A stretch of 64,000 nucleotides of DNA from Candidatus Woesearchaeota archaeon. Lineage in GTDB: Archaea; Nanobdellota; Nanobdellia; Woesearchaeales; UBA10216. Of this stretch, positions 9,850-19,396 are shown one piece after another. Under the pieces are notes generated by a model. That model did not search any database. It had not been told where the DNA came from and was given only the letters and a program-made list of their open reading frames with translations. The stretch's first letter is position 1; every line of letters starts with the position of its first letter. Made by a program: the position numbers and the translations under genes. The stretch is from the NCBI GenBank assembly GCA_002688315.1, contig NZCN01000010.1, positions 7,756 through 71,755 of the forward strand, given 5' to 3'.

Positions 9850-10662
9850 ATGAAAAAAACAATACGAATCCCAAAAAATGCTGAGAACAGAACAATCAAG
9901 CTCAAAGGAAAAAGCGGATTTTCACAGATTAGTATTGTGGCAGAAGAAGGAAGCAAAACAACGATCATAGAAGATATTTCAGATAATGCTAACAGAAAAG
10001 AAGTTATTGAAATAATTGCAAAACCAAACTCAGAAATAAGATTTGGGGCAGTGCAGAAACTACCTGACTGCGAAAATATTGTATCAAGAAAAGCAGTTAT
10101 TCATAAAAACGCGAATGTTGAATGGCTTGAAATCATTACAGGCAGCTCAATAACAAAATCAGAGACTTGTTCTGAACTTGTTGGCGAAGGAGCTAAAAGC
10201 AGTATTTTTACAGTTTTTTTCGGAAACAAAAAACAGCAATTTGAATTTGTAAACAAATGCGTTCATATTGGAAAAAACACAGAGTCAGACATGCACACAA
10301 GCGGAGCTTTAAAAGACAAAGCAAAAGCATTGCAGCAAGGGTTTGCCAAAATAGAAAAAAAAGCTTATAACGCTTCTGCACATCAAAAATCCAAGATTTT
10401 ATTGTTGAGTGAAGATGCAAGAGCACTGCCAACTCCAAAATTAGAGATAGACAATAACGAAGTTGTTGCAACTCATCAGGCTTCAGTAGGGCAAATTGAA
10501 AGTGAGAAAATTTTCTATTTAATGAGCCGCGGTATTGATGAAAGAGAAGCAAAGAAACTCTTTGTTGAAGGATTTTTTGAGCAATACATGAGCAGAATTC
10601 CTGTTTCCGAGCTAAGAGAAGATGTAGAAACAATTGTTGCAGAGAGGATGGAAGATGATTGA
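9850..10662 (+). CDS. sufD: Fe-S cluster assembly protein SufD (short form)
   Basis: The C-terminal FYLMSRGIDEREAKKLFVEGF is paralogous to SufB. 270 aa. Confidence 0.85.
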   Translation: MKKTIRIPKNAENRTIKLKGKSGFSQISIVAEEGSKTTIIEDISDNANRKEVIEIIAKPNSEIRFGAVQKLPDCENIVSRKAVIHKNANVEWLEIITGSSITKSETCSELVGEGAKSSIFTVFFGNKKQQFEFVNKCVHIGKNTESDMHTSGALKDKAKALQQGFAKIEKKAYNASAHQKSKILLLSEDARALPTPKLEIDNNEVVATHQASVGQIESEKIFYLMSRGIDEREAKKLFVEGFFEQYMSRIPVSELREDVETIVAERMEDD

Positions 10663-11857
10663 CGCAAGAAAAGATTTCCCCATACTTTCAAGGAAAGTGC
10701 ATGGAAAAAAGCTTGTTTACTTAGATAATGCTGCAACAGCACAAAAGCCAAAACAAGTTATTGAAGCAATTAAGAATTATTATGAAAATTACAATTCAAA
10801 CGTTCATAGAGCTGTGCATCAGCTAAGCGCAGAAGCAACAGATGCGTACGATGAAGCGCATGAGAAAACAGCAAATTTCATTAATGCTGAGGAAGAAGAG
10901 GTAATATTTACAAAAAACACTACTGAATCCATTAACATTATCGCTAACCATTTTGCTAGGACTCTAAGAAAGAATGATGAGATTGTTTTGACACAAATGG
11001 AACACCACAGCAACATAGTTCCATGGCTTAATACTGCCAAGATTACAGGAGCTAAGATTAAGTATGCTGAGATAAATAAAGATGGCGAGCTGGACCTTGA
11101 GCAAATTAAGAAACTTATCACTAACAAAACAAAAATAGTTGCATTAGCTCATGTTTCCAATGTTTTGGGAACAATTAACCCTGTAAAAGAAATTGCAAAG
11201 GTTGCGCATGATAAAGGAGCATTAGTGTTAATAGACGGAGCGCAGTCAGTTCCACACATGCCTGTGGATGTTAAGGAGTTGGACTGCGATTTTCTTGCGT
11301 TCTCAGCCCATAAAATGCTTGGGCCAACAGGAATAGGAGTTTTGTATGGGAAAAAAGAACTGCTTGAGAACATAGAACCATTTAATTTTGGAGGAGACAT
11401 GATAAAAGAAGTTACATTTGAAAATGCGTCATGGAATGATTTGCCATGGAAATTTGAAGCAGGAACGCCAAACATGGCAGGAGCTGTTGGATTATCAGCA
11501 GCAATTGATTACCTAAAAAAAATAGGGATGGAGAAAATAAGAGAGCATGAATTAGAGCTAACAAAATATGCTATTAAAAAACTCAGCAGTATAGAAGGAG
11601 TTGAGATTTACGGGCCAAAGCAGCGAGTAGGTGTTATTTCATTCAATCTTAAAAATGTTCATCCGCATGATGTTTCATCAATACTTGACAGCGAAGGAGT
11701 TGCGGTTAGAGGCGGCCATCATTGTGCTATGCCGCTTATGAAACTGCTTGGAATACAAGGAAGCGTAAGAGCAAGCTTCTACTTTTACAACACAAAAGAA
11801 GAAATTGATGTTTTTGTGAAAGCGCTTGCTAAAGTTAAAAAAATAATGGGAGCTTAA
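10655..11857 (+). CDS. sufS: Cysteine desulfurase SufS (class V aminotransferase, group II)
   Basis: LDNAATAQKP, SAHKMLGPTGIG (PLP Lys) and RGGHHCAMP (catalytic Cys loop). The ATG at 10655 overlaps the sufD end. Confidence 0.9.
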   Translation: MIDARKDFPILSRKVHGKKLVYLDNAATAQKPKQVIEAIKNYYENYNSNVHRAVHQLSAEATDAYDEAHEKTANFINAEEEEVIFTKNTTESINIIANHFARTLRKNDEIVLTQMEHHSNIVPWLNTAKITGAKIKYAEINKDGELDLEQIKKLITNKTKIVALAHVSNVLGTINPVKEIAKVAHDKGALVLIDGAQSVPHMPVDVKELDCDFLAFSAHKMLGPTGIGVLYGKKELLENIEPFNFGGDMIKEVTFENASWNDLPWKFEAGTPNMAGAVGLSAAIDYLKKIGMEKIREHELELTKYAIKKLSSIEGVEIYGPKQRVGVISFNLKNVHPHDVSSILDSEGVAVRGGHHCAMPLMKLLGIQGSVRASFYFYNTKEEIDVFVKALAKVKKIMGA

Positions 11858-11858
11858 A

Positions 11859-12251
11859 ATGGATTTGGCAGAAGACATGTACAAAGAAGAACTGCTTGAA
11901 CACTATAGAGAGCCACAAAACTATGGAGAAATTAAAGATACAGATGTTAAATACAAAGATTTCAATCCAGTATGCGGAGACGAAATTGAGATTTATGCTG
12001 ATATCAAAAAAGGTGTGATTGAAAATGTTAAGTTTACAGGAAAAGGATGCGCAATAAGCCAAGCTGCTGCATCTATTTTAACTGAACACATTAAAAGCAA
12101 AAAGATTGAAGATGTTAAAAAAATGAGCAATGAGGAAGTGCTAGAGCTGCTTCCAATCAAAGTAAGCAATCTGCGCATAAAATGCGGTTTGCTTGCGCTT
12201 AAAGCAATACAAAAAGGATTGTTGATTTATGAGAGGAAAAAACATGAATGA
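11859..12251 (+). CDS. sufU: SufU/IscU-type sulfur-transfer scaffold protein
   Basis: NPVCGDEIEIY and GKGCAISQAAAS, plus a third Cys (RIKCG), in the NifU-N fold pattern. Confidence 0.85.
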   Translation: MDLAEDMYKEELLEHYREPQNYGEIKDTDVKYKDFNPVCGDEIEIYADIKKGVIENVKFTGKGCAISQAAASILTEHIKSKKIEDVKKMSNEEVLELLPIKVSNLRIKCGLLALKAIQKGLLIYERKKHE

Positions 12252-12984
12252 TTTAGAAATAAAAAACCTGCATGTTACTGTTGAAGGAACAGAAATACTC
12301 AAAGGAGTTAATCTTACAGTAAGCAAAGGAGAAGTTGTAGCGTTGATGGGGCCTAACGGCTCTGGGAAAAGCACATTGGCGTATACAATAGCAGGGCATC
12401 CAAGCTATGTTGTTACAAAAGGCAAAATTATCTTCAAAGGAAAAGACATGACTAAGCTGAGCCCTGACAAGCGCGCAAAAGAAGGCTTGTTTTTATCATT
12501 CCAGTATCCGCAGGAAATAAGCGGAGTTAGCATTGCTAATTTTCTAAGAACAGCAGTAAACGCAAAACTCTCTTCAAAGATGCCAGTTAAAGAATTTATG
12601 AAACTTCTTAAGGAGAAAATGCAGTTGCTCAAAATGGATGAAAGCTTTGTAAAGCGTTACGTGAATGAAGGCTTTTCAGGAGGCGAAAAGAAACGAGCTG
12701 AAATACTGCAGCTTGCAATGCTAAAGCCGGAAATGGCAATGCTTGATGAGACAGATTCTGGGTTAGACATTACTTCTATGAAAACAGTTGCTGAAGGAAT
12801 AAAGAAAGTGATGAGCAAAGACATGGGTGTTTTGCTAATAACTCACTACCAAAGATTTCTCAACTACATAAAGCCGGATAGAGTGATTGTAATGATTAAC
12901 GGAAAAATCGTAAAAGAAGGCGGTCATAAACTAGTTGAAGAACTGGAAGCTAAAGGCTATGAAGAATTGCTAGCCGAAACTTAA
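12244..12984 (+). CDS. sufC: Fe-S cluster assembly ATPase SufC
   Basis: GPNGSGKSTL Walker A, the ABC signature FSGGEKKR, and LDETDSGLD. Confidence 0.95.
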   Translation: MNDLEIKNLHVTVEGTEILKGVNLTVSKGEVVALMGPNGSGKSTLAYTIAGHPSYVVTKGKIIFKGKDMTKLSPDKRAKEGLFLSFQYPQEISGVSIANFLRTAVNAKLSSKMPVKEFMKLLKEKMQLLKMDESFVKRYVNEGFSGGEKKRAEILQLAMLKPEMAMLDETDSGLDITSMKTVAEGIKKVMSKDMGVLLITHYQRFLNYIKPDRVIVMINGKIVKEGGHKLVEELEAKGYEELLAET

Positions 12985-12985
12985 A

Positions 12986-13120
12986 TTATTTCAATTTTGT
13001 AGCTTTCTTTTTCTTAATCAGATTACTCAATTTTATCTTGAGCTTATTTTCGAACGCTTTCCACGCTTTTGGATCTGTGAACAAAACTTCAATACGTTTC
13101 TCATTTTTTGCCTTTTTCAT
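12986..13120 (-). CDS. Small basic hypothetical protein (44 aa)
   Basis: MKKAKNEKRIEVLFTDPKAWKAFENKLKIKLSNLIKKKKATKLK. It starts 1 nt after the stop of the upstream 205-aa ORF, so the spacing looks operon-like. Confidence 0.3.
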   Translation of the reverse strand: MKKAKNEKRIEVLFTDPKAWKAFENKLKIKLSNLIKKKKATKLK

Positions 13121-13121
13121 A

Positions 13122-13739
13122 TTAACCGCCCAATTGCTTCATAGCAATTTTAAGATCTTTAGTTTGAATCTGCGCCTGCTTATAATATTTCGAATTTTGC
13201 TTCATTCCTAATGACGAACCTATAGCGTAAAGCTTTTGCACTGTTTGATAAAAATTTACAGCTTTGTCCCAGTAAGAAATTACTTCGTAAGGCTTGCAAC
13301 CGCTCACAAGATTAGCATTTCCTTGACGATGATTTAATGTGCCTGCATTCCACAAAAGAGGAATCCCTTTAGTAAAAATTTTAATTTTTCTAACTTCAAA
13401 ATCATTACGATGCATTTGATTTTGGAAGGATAGCAAAGCCAGAGCTGCAGATAAGTACGCTTTCAGAGCTTTATTGGAATTTCCAGCTTGAGTCCAGTGA
13501 ATGTGCTCTTGTAATCCGAGATCAACTATTTCTGCGTTTAGAAGCTTAATCACTTTAGTAAACTTGTTTTTCTCAGCCATGTTTTTTGCTGTTAAAGCTG
13601 TTTTTTTCGAATCTTCAAATTCGTTTAGACGAGCTTCAGTTTTTTGAAGAAAAATCTTAATAGCAAGTAGATTTTCTGAAAAAGATTTTACCCGATAACT
13701 TTTTTTAGTTTTAGTAACAGCTTCCATAATAAAAACCAA
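13122..13739 (-). CDS. Hypothetical protein (205 aa)
   Basis: Long ORF with a coding-like composition. I recognise no motif. Confidence 0.5.
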   Translation of the reverse strand: MVFIMEAVTKTKKSYRVKSFSENLLAIKIFLQKTEARLNEFEDSKKTALTAKNMAEKNKFTKVIKLLNAEIVDLGLQEHIHWTQAGNSNKALKAYLSAALALLSFQNQMHRNDFEVRKIKIFTKGIPLLWNAGTLNHRQGNANLVSGCKPYEVISYWDKAVNFYQTVQKLYAIGSSLGMKQNSKYYKQAQIQTKDLKIAMKQLGG

Positions 13740-13896
13740 TCTTTATAATTTACATAAATTATATAATTTTTAATTCAAGCTTCTCATCTTTAAGCTTTAT
13801 TGTTCTGTAAACTATATATCCCTCTATGAAATAGCTTTTTTTAAGTCGATATGAAGAACAGGAAGGTTTATAAATGAATAATTATATAATTTATAA

Positions 13897-14448
13897 ATGT
13901 CTAAGAAAATATTTGATTATAGGTATTTTGTAACGGGTGTTATTGTTATAGCGCTGTTAGGAGCACCAATCTTGGTTAAACCAGTCATATCCGCTTACAC
14001 AGCATATAACGTAGAACCGGACACTCAAATTAATAAGACGGATTTGTTAAACTTGCAGCTTTCAATAATTAATTCTAGTTTAGTTCTGTGCAGCGATACT
14101 AACGACAAATTACTAGCAGAATTAGAGGATAACCATGAACAACTGGTAACTTGCGTAGGTGAAAGAAGTTCTTATGAAACAAATTTGAGTATGCAGGTTT
14201 CTGAATATGAAAAAGAAATAAATGCTTTATCGAGCGTTGTAACAAACATGGAAGGAGAGATTGTGGATTTAGAAGTTAAAGATGAAGAACTTAATGACTT
14301 AAAAGTGCGCTATGCAATGGTTGTAGAAAACTCCGCACATAACATATGCTGTAAACAAAGGATAGATAAACCTTCTATATCGTCTTATGATGTGCAGGAT
14401 AACAAGATTGTATGCCTGGAAGAAGGAACGTTAAAATTGGTGTGCTGA
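13897..14448 (+). CDS. Hypothetical membrane-anchored coiled-coil protein
   Basis: N-terminal TM segment (YFVTGVIVIALLGAPILV), heptad-like E/L-rich middle region, and C-terminal Cys residues. Confidence 0.5.
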   Translation: MSKKIFDYRYFVTGVIVIALLGAPILVKPVISAYTAYNVEPDTQINKTDLLNLQLSIINSSLVLCSDTNDKLLAELEDNHEQLVTCVGERSSYETNLSMQVSEYEKEINALSSVVTNMEGEIVDLEVKDEELNDLKVRYAMVVENSAHNICCKQRIDKPSISSYDVQDNKIVCLEEGTLKLVC

Positions 14449-14449
14449 T

Positions 14450-14584
14450 TCAATCATTCCTAACAAGAGGTTCTCCTTTTTTAGGGCAGCCGTCTGTTCC
14501 GCAAACGTTTTTTCCAGAGTTAAACTCTTCCTCGCTCACAGAACCACCGCAAGTTCCTTCGCAAACATATCTTGCTTCAGTCAT
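14450..14584 (-). CDS. Cys-rich mini-protein (44 aa), putative metal-binding
   Basis: MTEARYVCEGTCGGSVSEEEFNSGKNVCGTDGCPKKGEPLVRND. It has five Cys in paired spacing. I prefer it over the overlapping plus-strand ORF 14412..14612, which is low-complexity. Confidence 0.45.
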   Translation of the reverse strand: MTEARYVCEGTCGGSVSEEEFNSGKNVCGTDGCPKKGEPLVRND

Positions 14585-14623
14585 AAAACATTACTGCTGT
14601 TGGAGTCTATAAAAAAGTATTGT

Positions 14624-15730
14624 TTAGTTATCTTTTAGAAATTCGTTTACTTTATCCACCACATACCTTATTTGCTCTTCTGAAAGTTCAGGATACATTG
14701 GAAGAGATACAATTTCTTTAGCAGCTTGCTCTGATGCTGGAAAAGAACCTTCTTTTAAACCCATAAAAGAGTAAGCTTTCAGAAGATGAACAGGAATTGG
14801 ATAATGAATTCCAGAGGCAACGCCATTTTTTTCAAGATACTCTCTTAACTTATCCCTGTTTTTTGCCCTGATGCAGTACACGTGATAAACATGCTTTGCG
14901 TAAGGTGCTTCAAAAGGCAAAGTAAGTTCAGTGTTTTCCAATAATTCATTGTAAAGCTGCGCATTTTTTCTTCTTTGTTCAGTCCAAGACTCCAAATGTT
15001 TTAGTTTTACTCCTAAAACAGCTGCCTGAATTGCTGCTATCCTGCAGTTATCTCCTATTATTTCATGATTGTATTTTTCTAACTCACCATGCTGCCTTAG
15101 CAAGACAATTTTTCTTGCCAGTTCTTCAGAATTTGTGCATACAGCTCCGGCTTCTCCATAAGCACCAAGATTTTTCCCAGGATAAAAAGAAAAACAGTTA
15201 ACATCTCCTATAGAGCCAGCTTTTTTGTCTTTGTAAGTCGCGTTGTGAGCCTGCGCAGCGTCTTCCACTACCTTAAGACCATGCTTACGGGCAATCTCCA
15301 TAATAGGATCCATATCACAAGGCTGGCCATAAAGATGAACAGGAATTATTGCTTTTGTTTTTTCTGTTATTTTCTCCTCAATTTTATTAGGGTCTATTGT
15401 AAACGTTTTTTCATCTATATCAACAAAAACAGGAGTAGCTCCTACATGAGATATTGCCTCTGCTGTAGCTATGAACGTGGAAGGAGTTGTTATTACTTCA
15501 TCTCCAGGCTTAATATCCAAAGCAAGCAATGCTAGCCGTAACGCAGAGGTTCCATTATTCACTCCAACGCAAAATTTTGCATCGCATAACTTTGCAAAGT
15601 TTTCTTCAAAAGCCTCAACTTTTTTTCCAAGTATGAAAGCAGTGTTATCTAACACATCCTGTATCTCAGAATCAATTTCTTCCTTTATGTTCAGGTACTG
15701 AGTTTTTAAGTCAACAAAAGGTATTTGCAT
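14624..15730 (-). CDS. DegT/DnrJ/EryC1/StrS-family sugar aminotransferase (WbpE-like)
   Basis: 368 aa. [10 protein letters not shown].., [10 protein letters not shown], and [16 protein letters not shown] (PLP Lys region). Confidence 0.9.
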   Translation of the reverse strand: MQIPFVDLKTQYLNIKEEIDSEIQDVLDNTAFILGKKVEAFEENFAKLCDAKFCVGVNNGTSALRLALLALDIKPGDEVITTPSTFIATAEAISHVGATPVFVDIDEKTFTIDPNKIEEKITEKTKAIIPVHLYGQPCDMDPIMEIARKHGLKVVEDAAQAHNATYKDKKAGSIGDVNCFSFYPGKNLGAYGEAGAVCTNSEELARKIVLLRQHGELEKYNHEIIGDNCRIAAIQAAVLGVKLKHLESWTEQRRKNAQLYNELLENTELTLPFEAPYAKHVYHVYCIRAKNRDKLREYLEKNGVASGIHYPIPVHLLKAYSFMGLKEGSFPASEQAAKEIVSLPMYPELSEEQIRYVVDKVNEFLKDN

Positions 15731-15731
15731 T

Positions 15732-16205
15732 TTACTTCTCTAGTTTTTTTAATATTTTAGCTGGGTTTCCAACAACAATAACATTAGCTGGAACATCTTT
15801 AGTAACAACAGAGCCTGCTCCTACAACTGAGTTTTCTCCAACTGTAATTCCTCCAAGAATAGTTGCGTTAGCGCCTATAGATGCTCCTTTTTTAACAATA
15901 GTAGTTAACGGTTTCCAATCTTCTCCTTTCTCTCTTAACCTTCCATTTGTTGTAGCCCTTGGAATCTTATCATTTACAAAACAAGCATGAGGGCCGATAA
16001 AAACTTCATCTTCAAGAATAATTCCTTGCGGCAGAAACGCGAAAGCCTGTATTTTACAGTTCTTTCCTATCTTTACAGTTTCTCTTATTTCAACAAAGCT
16101 GCCAATTTTAGTATTATCACCTATCTCACACCCATATATGTTTACAAAATTAAATATTTGAACGTCTTTTCCAAGCTTAACATCTTTTATAATCTGATTT
16201 TCCAT
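15732..16205 (-). CDS. Hexapeptide-repeat sugar N-acetyltransferase (WbpD/WlbB-like)
   Basis: Left-handed beta-helix repeats ([13 protein letters not shown].., [25 protein letters not shown]). 157 aa. Confidence 0.85.
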   Translation of the reverse strand: MENQIIKDVKLGKDVQIFNFVNIYGCEIGDNTKIGSFVEIRETVKIGKNCKIQAFAFLPQGIILEDEVFIGPHACFVNDKIPRATTNGRLREKGEDWKPLTTIVKKGASIGANATILGGITVGENSVVGAGSVVTKDVPANVIVVGNPAKILKKLEK

Positions 16206-16211
16206 TTTAAA

Positions 16212-17240
16212 TTATAAAAAAACCTCTTTGCCTTGATTTTTGAGTGATTCCTGAATAGCTTCTATAACTTTAACAACTCTTAACCCAGACGTTCCATCGC
16301 TAACAGGCTTTTCTTCTTTGTTTATGCAATCGACAAAATGAGTGCACATAATATTCAATGGTTCTTTATCATCAAGTTCAGGCGCATTTGAATCTCCGCT
16401 CTTGTATACAATATTAAATTCTTCCCAAGTTCCATAATACTTGTCTTTAGGAAGACTATTTTTTTCTAAAGTAACACCTTTGTCGTAAACTCTTACTTTC
16501 TCTGTTTTCTCAGTATCATCATACACCAACATTTTTTTATTTCCAACTATTGTTGTTTTTCTAATCTTTAATGGGTCAAGCCAGCTCACATGCATGTGCA
16601 CTCTTACATTGCCATCGAATTTCAAAGTTATCTGAGCATCATCTTCAATGTCTTCTAAAACATAAGCCATTCCTTCAGCTTTAACACTTGAAGGCATTTT
16701 TCCAATTAAAAAAAGCAGAATAGAAATATCATGAGGAGCAAGATCCCATACAACATTAATATCCTTTTGAAATAATCCGAGATTAACCCGAACCATATCA
16801 ATCGTGAATATTTTTCCCAATTCATTGTTGTCCAAAATTTCTTTTATCTTATTTACTGCAGGAGTATACTCAAAAGTATGGTCAACCATCAAAACTAACT
16901 TATTTGTTTCTGCTAGTTTAATCAGCTCTTCAGCATTTTCTGAGATAGATGTAATTGGTTTTTCTATCAAAACATGCTTATTATTTTCCAAAGCTTTTTT
17001 CGCAAGCTCAAAATGCGTAGAAACAGGAGTTGCAATAACAATCGCATTTACTTCAGGATCATTGATTAAATCCATGTAATTCTTTGTTGTTTTTATCTCA
17101 GGATAAAGATTTTTTACATACTCAAGGCGTTCATCACTCAAGTCAGCGCACCATAAAACTTTTGACTGCCCTGTCTGGCTGAAATTCCTAATTAAATTAG
17201 GCCCCCAATAACCCGCACCTATTACCCCAACATTAACCAA
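16212..17240 (-). CDS. Gfo/Idh/MocA-family sugar-nucleotide oxidoreductase (WbpB-like)
   Basis: N-terminal VGVIGAGYWGPN Rossmann motif and the EKP motif (VLIEKPIT). TTG start. Confidence 0.85.
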   Translation of the reverse strand: MVNVGVIGAGYWGPNLIRNFSQTGQSKVLWCADLSDERLEYVKNLYPEIKTTKNYMDLINDPEVNAIVIATPVSTHFELAKKALENNKHVLIEKPITSISENAEELIKLAETNKLVLMVDHTFEYTPAVNKIKEILDNNELGKIFTIDMVRVNLGLFQKDINVVWDLAPHDISILLFLIGKMPSSVKAEGMAYVLEDIEDDAQITLKFDGNVRVHMHVSWLDPLKIRKTTIVGNKKMLVYDDTEKTEKVRVYDKGVTLEKNSLPKDKYYGTWEEFNIVYKSGDSNAPELDDKEPLNIMCTHFVDCINKEEKPVSDGTSGLRVVKVIEAIQESLKNQGKEVFL

Positions 17241-17279
17241 GTTGAATCATTGTTAAGAATTTGACAATAGCTTAAAAAT

Positions 17280-18380
17280 TTATTGTTTTAGCTCTCTTAT
17301 CGCCTTATCTAACCTTGATGCGATGTTCTTCCAGTCAAATTTCATTGCTGTTTTTCTTGAGTTAACTTTCTTTAACTTAAGAGCGTACCTGATTTTTTCC
17401 TTCAAATCTTCAATATTTCCTGCTTTTGCTATCATTTTTTTATCGTCTATATGCCTGTACATCTCACCAGCATCTGTTATCACAAGCGGCTTATCACAAG
17501 CCATAAATTCCATAATCTTGTATGGAGAGAACATAACTTCTGTAAATTTGTTTTTTGGATAAGGAATAACCATTAAATCAGAAGCATTAATAGCAAAAGA
17601 AACGTTTTTTTGCGATAAAGAGCCTAAATAAATAAGTCCTTTTTTGTCAAAATCAAAACTTTCTTTAGAAGCAGTTCCTATATTGCCTACAAGAAGCAAG
17701 TTAAGGTTTTTTATTTCATCTCTTAAGTCCTCATAAGCTTTGATTAAGATATCAACTCCTTGTATCTTTTGCAAAGAGCCAATATAGGAAATTATTTTTT
17801 TATCTGAAGGCAATTTTAATTTCTTTCTTGAACTTATTTTATCCAAAGGCCTGAATAGTTTTGTGTCAACACCATTTGGAATTGTTATTGTCTTCTTTTT
17901 CCTAATCTTCATTGCGTTTTGCGTCAAAATATTGCCTGCGCACATCACCAAATCAGAATTTTTTACAACATGCCTTTCAAACAAGCCAAAAAAAGGAAGC
18001 TTGTAGCTCTTGTAAACCAAATAATTATCCTGTATGTCGTATACAAACGGTATCTTATATTTCTTAGACATAAAATAACCAATAACCCCCCATAAAGGAT
18101 CAGAAGTTGCTATAAGCAAATCATAATTATCGTTTTTTATGACTTTTCTTAAATCTGACAATAAATTAAAAAATTTCAAATGCTTAAATGGCCTTATAAA
18201 AATTCTCATCTTATGCAAATACAAATTTTTATTTTCCATTTTCTTGTAATCAACACAAAAGAAATCTATTTCATGCCCAAGGTCTCTTAATCGCTCAAAC
18301 AGCCTCACCTGCCTTCCGAAATCCTCGTTTATTATGTCCCTTGTTGCAGTATACCTGCTTGTAAAAACCAGTATTTTCAT
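17280..18380 (-). CDS. GT4-family glycosyltransferase
   Basis: The GT-B C-terminal domain pattern starts at the internal ATG (MKILVFTS..). That start removes the overlap with the divergent glpX promoter. Confidence 0.8.
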   Translation of the reverse strand: MKILVFTSRYTATRDIINEDFGRQVRLFERLRDLGHEIDFFCVDYKKMENKNLYLHKMRIFIRPFKHLKFFNLLSDLRKVIKNDNYDLLIATSDPLWGVIGYFMSKKYKIPFVYDIQDNYLVYKSYKLPFFGLFERHVVKNSDLVMCAGNILTQNAMKIRKKKTITIPNGVDTKLFRPLDKISSRKKLKLPSDKKIISYIGSLQKIQGVDILIKAYEDLRDEIKNLNLLLVGNIGTASKESFDFDKKGLIYLGSLSQKNVSFAINASDLMVIPYPKNKFTEVMFSPYKIMEFMACDKPLVITDAGEMYRHIDDKKMIAKAGNIEDLKEKIRYALKLKKVNSRKTAMKFDWKNIASRLDKAIRELKQ

Positions 18381-18454
18381 ATTCAGAAAGCAAACGCCAG
18401 ATATTTTTAAGGGTTGTGGAAAAGAATTAAAAAGAAGCAAAAAATCCATGATTT

Positions 18455-19396
18455 ATGGATAGAAATCTAGCTCTTGAATTTGTTCGAGTTACAGAGGCAG
18501 CTGCTATTGAAGCCAATGCATGGGTTGGAAAAGGAGATAAGAAAGCTGCTGACAAAGCTGCAACTGAAGCAATGAGGTCTCGCTTTAACTCTGTTGACAT
18601 CAACGGAACAGTTGTTATTGGAGAGGGCGAGCGAGATGAAGCGCCAATGCTATACATTGGAGAGAAAGTAGGCTCAGGCAAAGGAATGGAAATTGACATT
18701 GCTGTAGATCCTATAGAAGGAACTAACAGTGTTGCTTTTGGCTATCCAAATTCTATTGCTGTGTTTGCCGCAGGGCCTCGCGGCACATTATTACACGCTC
18801 CAGATATGTACATGAACAAAATAGCAGTAGGGCCGAAAGCTGCAAATGCTGGAATTCACTTGGATAAAAGTGTTAAGGAAAATGTGGAAGCTGTTGCCAA
18901 CGCTTTAGGAAAGCCAGCAAGTGAAGTTACTGTTATTGTTCTTGACAGGCCACGACACGAACAAATAATAAAAGAAATAAGAGAAGCAGGAGCAAAAGTA
19001 CGGCTGATAAGTGATGGGGATGTGGCTGGAGCTATTGCACCTTGCCTTCATGATTCTGGAGTGGACATGCTAATGGGGATAGGCGCTGCTCCGGAAGGAG
19101 TTATCGCAACAACTGCTGTAAAATGCTTTGGCGGCTTTTTCCAGGGAAGACTAGCTCCAAAAGACGATGCTGAAAGAGAAAGAGCAAAATCAATGGGCGT
19201 AGACCCTGATAAACTGCTTGAAATGGAAGATTTAGCAAAAGGAGACAGCCTGCAATTTGCAGCAACAGGAATAGTTGAAGGCCCAATTCTAAAAGGAGTT
19301 ACAGAAAGCGCGCACGGCGTTCAAACACACTCATTAGTCATGCGCTCAAAAACGAAAACTATAAGATTCATAGAAACGCATCATCATGTGAAGTAA
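18455..19396 (+). CDS. glpX: Class II fructose-1,6-bisphosphatase (GlpX type)
   Basis: LALEFVRVTEAAAIEANAWVGKGDKKAADKAATEAMR, IGEGERDEAPML and DPIEGTN are GlpX hallmarks. Confidence 0.9.
   Translation: MDRNLALEFVRVTEAAAIEANAWVGKGDKKAADKAATEAMRSRFNSVDINGTVVIGEGERDEAPMLYIGEKVGSGKGMEIDIAVDPIEGTNSVAFGYPNSIAVFAAGPRGTLLHAPDMYMNKIAVGPKAANAGIHLDKSVKENVEAVANALGKPASEVTVIVLDRPRHEQIIKEIREAGAKVRLISDGDVAGAIAPCLHDSGVDMLMGIGAAPEGVIATTAVKCFGGFFQGRLAPKDDAERERAKSMGVDPDKLLEMEDLAKGDSLQFAATGIVEGPILKGVTESAHGVQTHSLVMRSKTKTIRFIETHHHVK

Noticed and set aside
14412-14612. 66-aa plus-strand ORF downstream of 13897..14448.
   Set aside because: It overlaps the end of the preceding gene and translates to P/S-rich low-complexity sequence. 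The opposite strand encodes a compact Cys-patterned mini-protein, which I consider the more plausible gene, though still uncertain.
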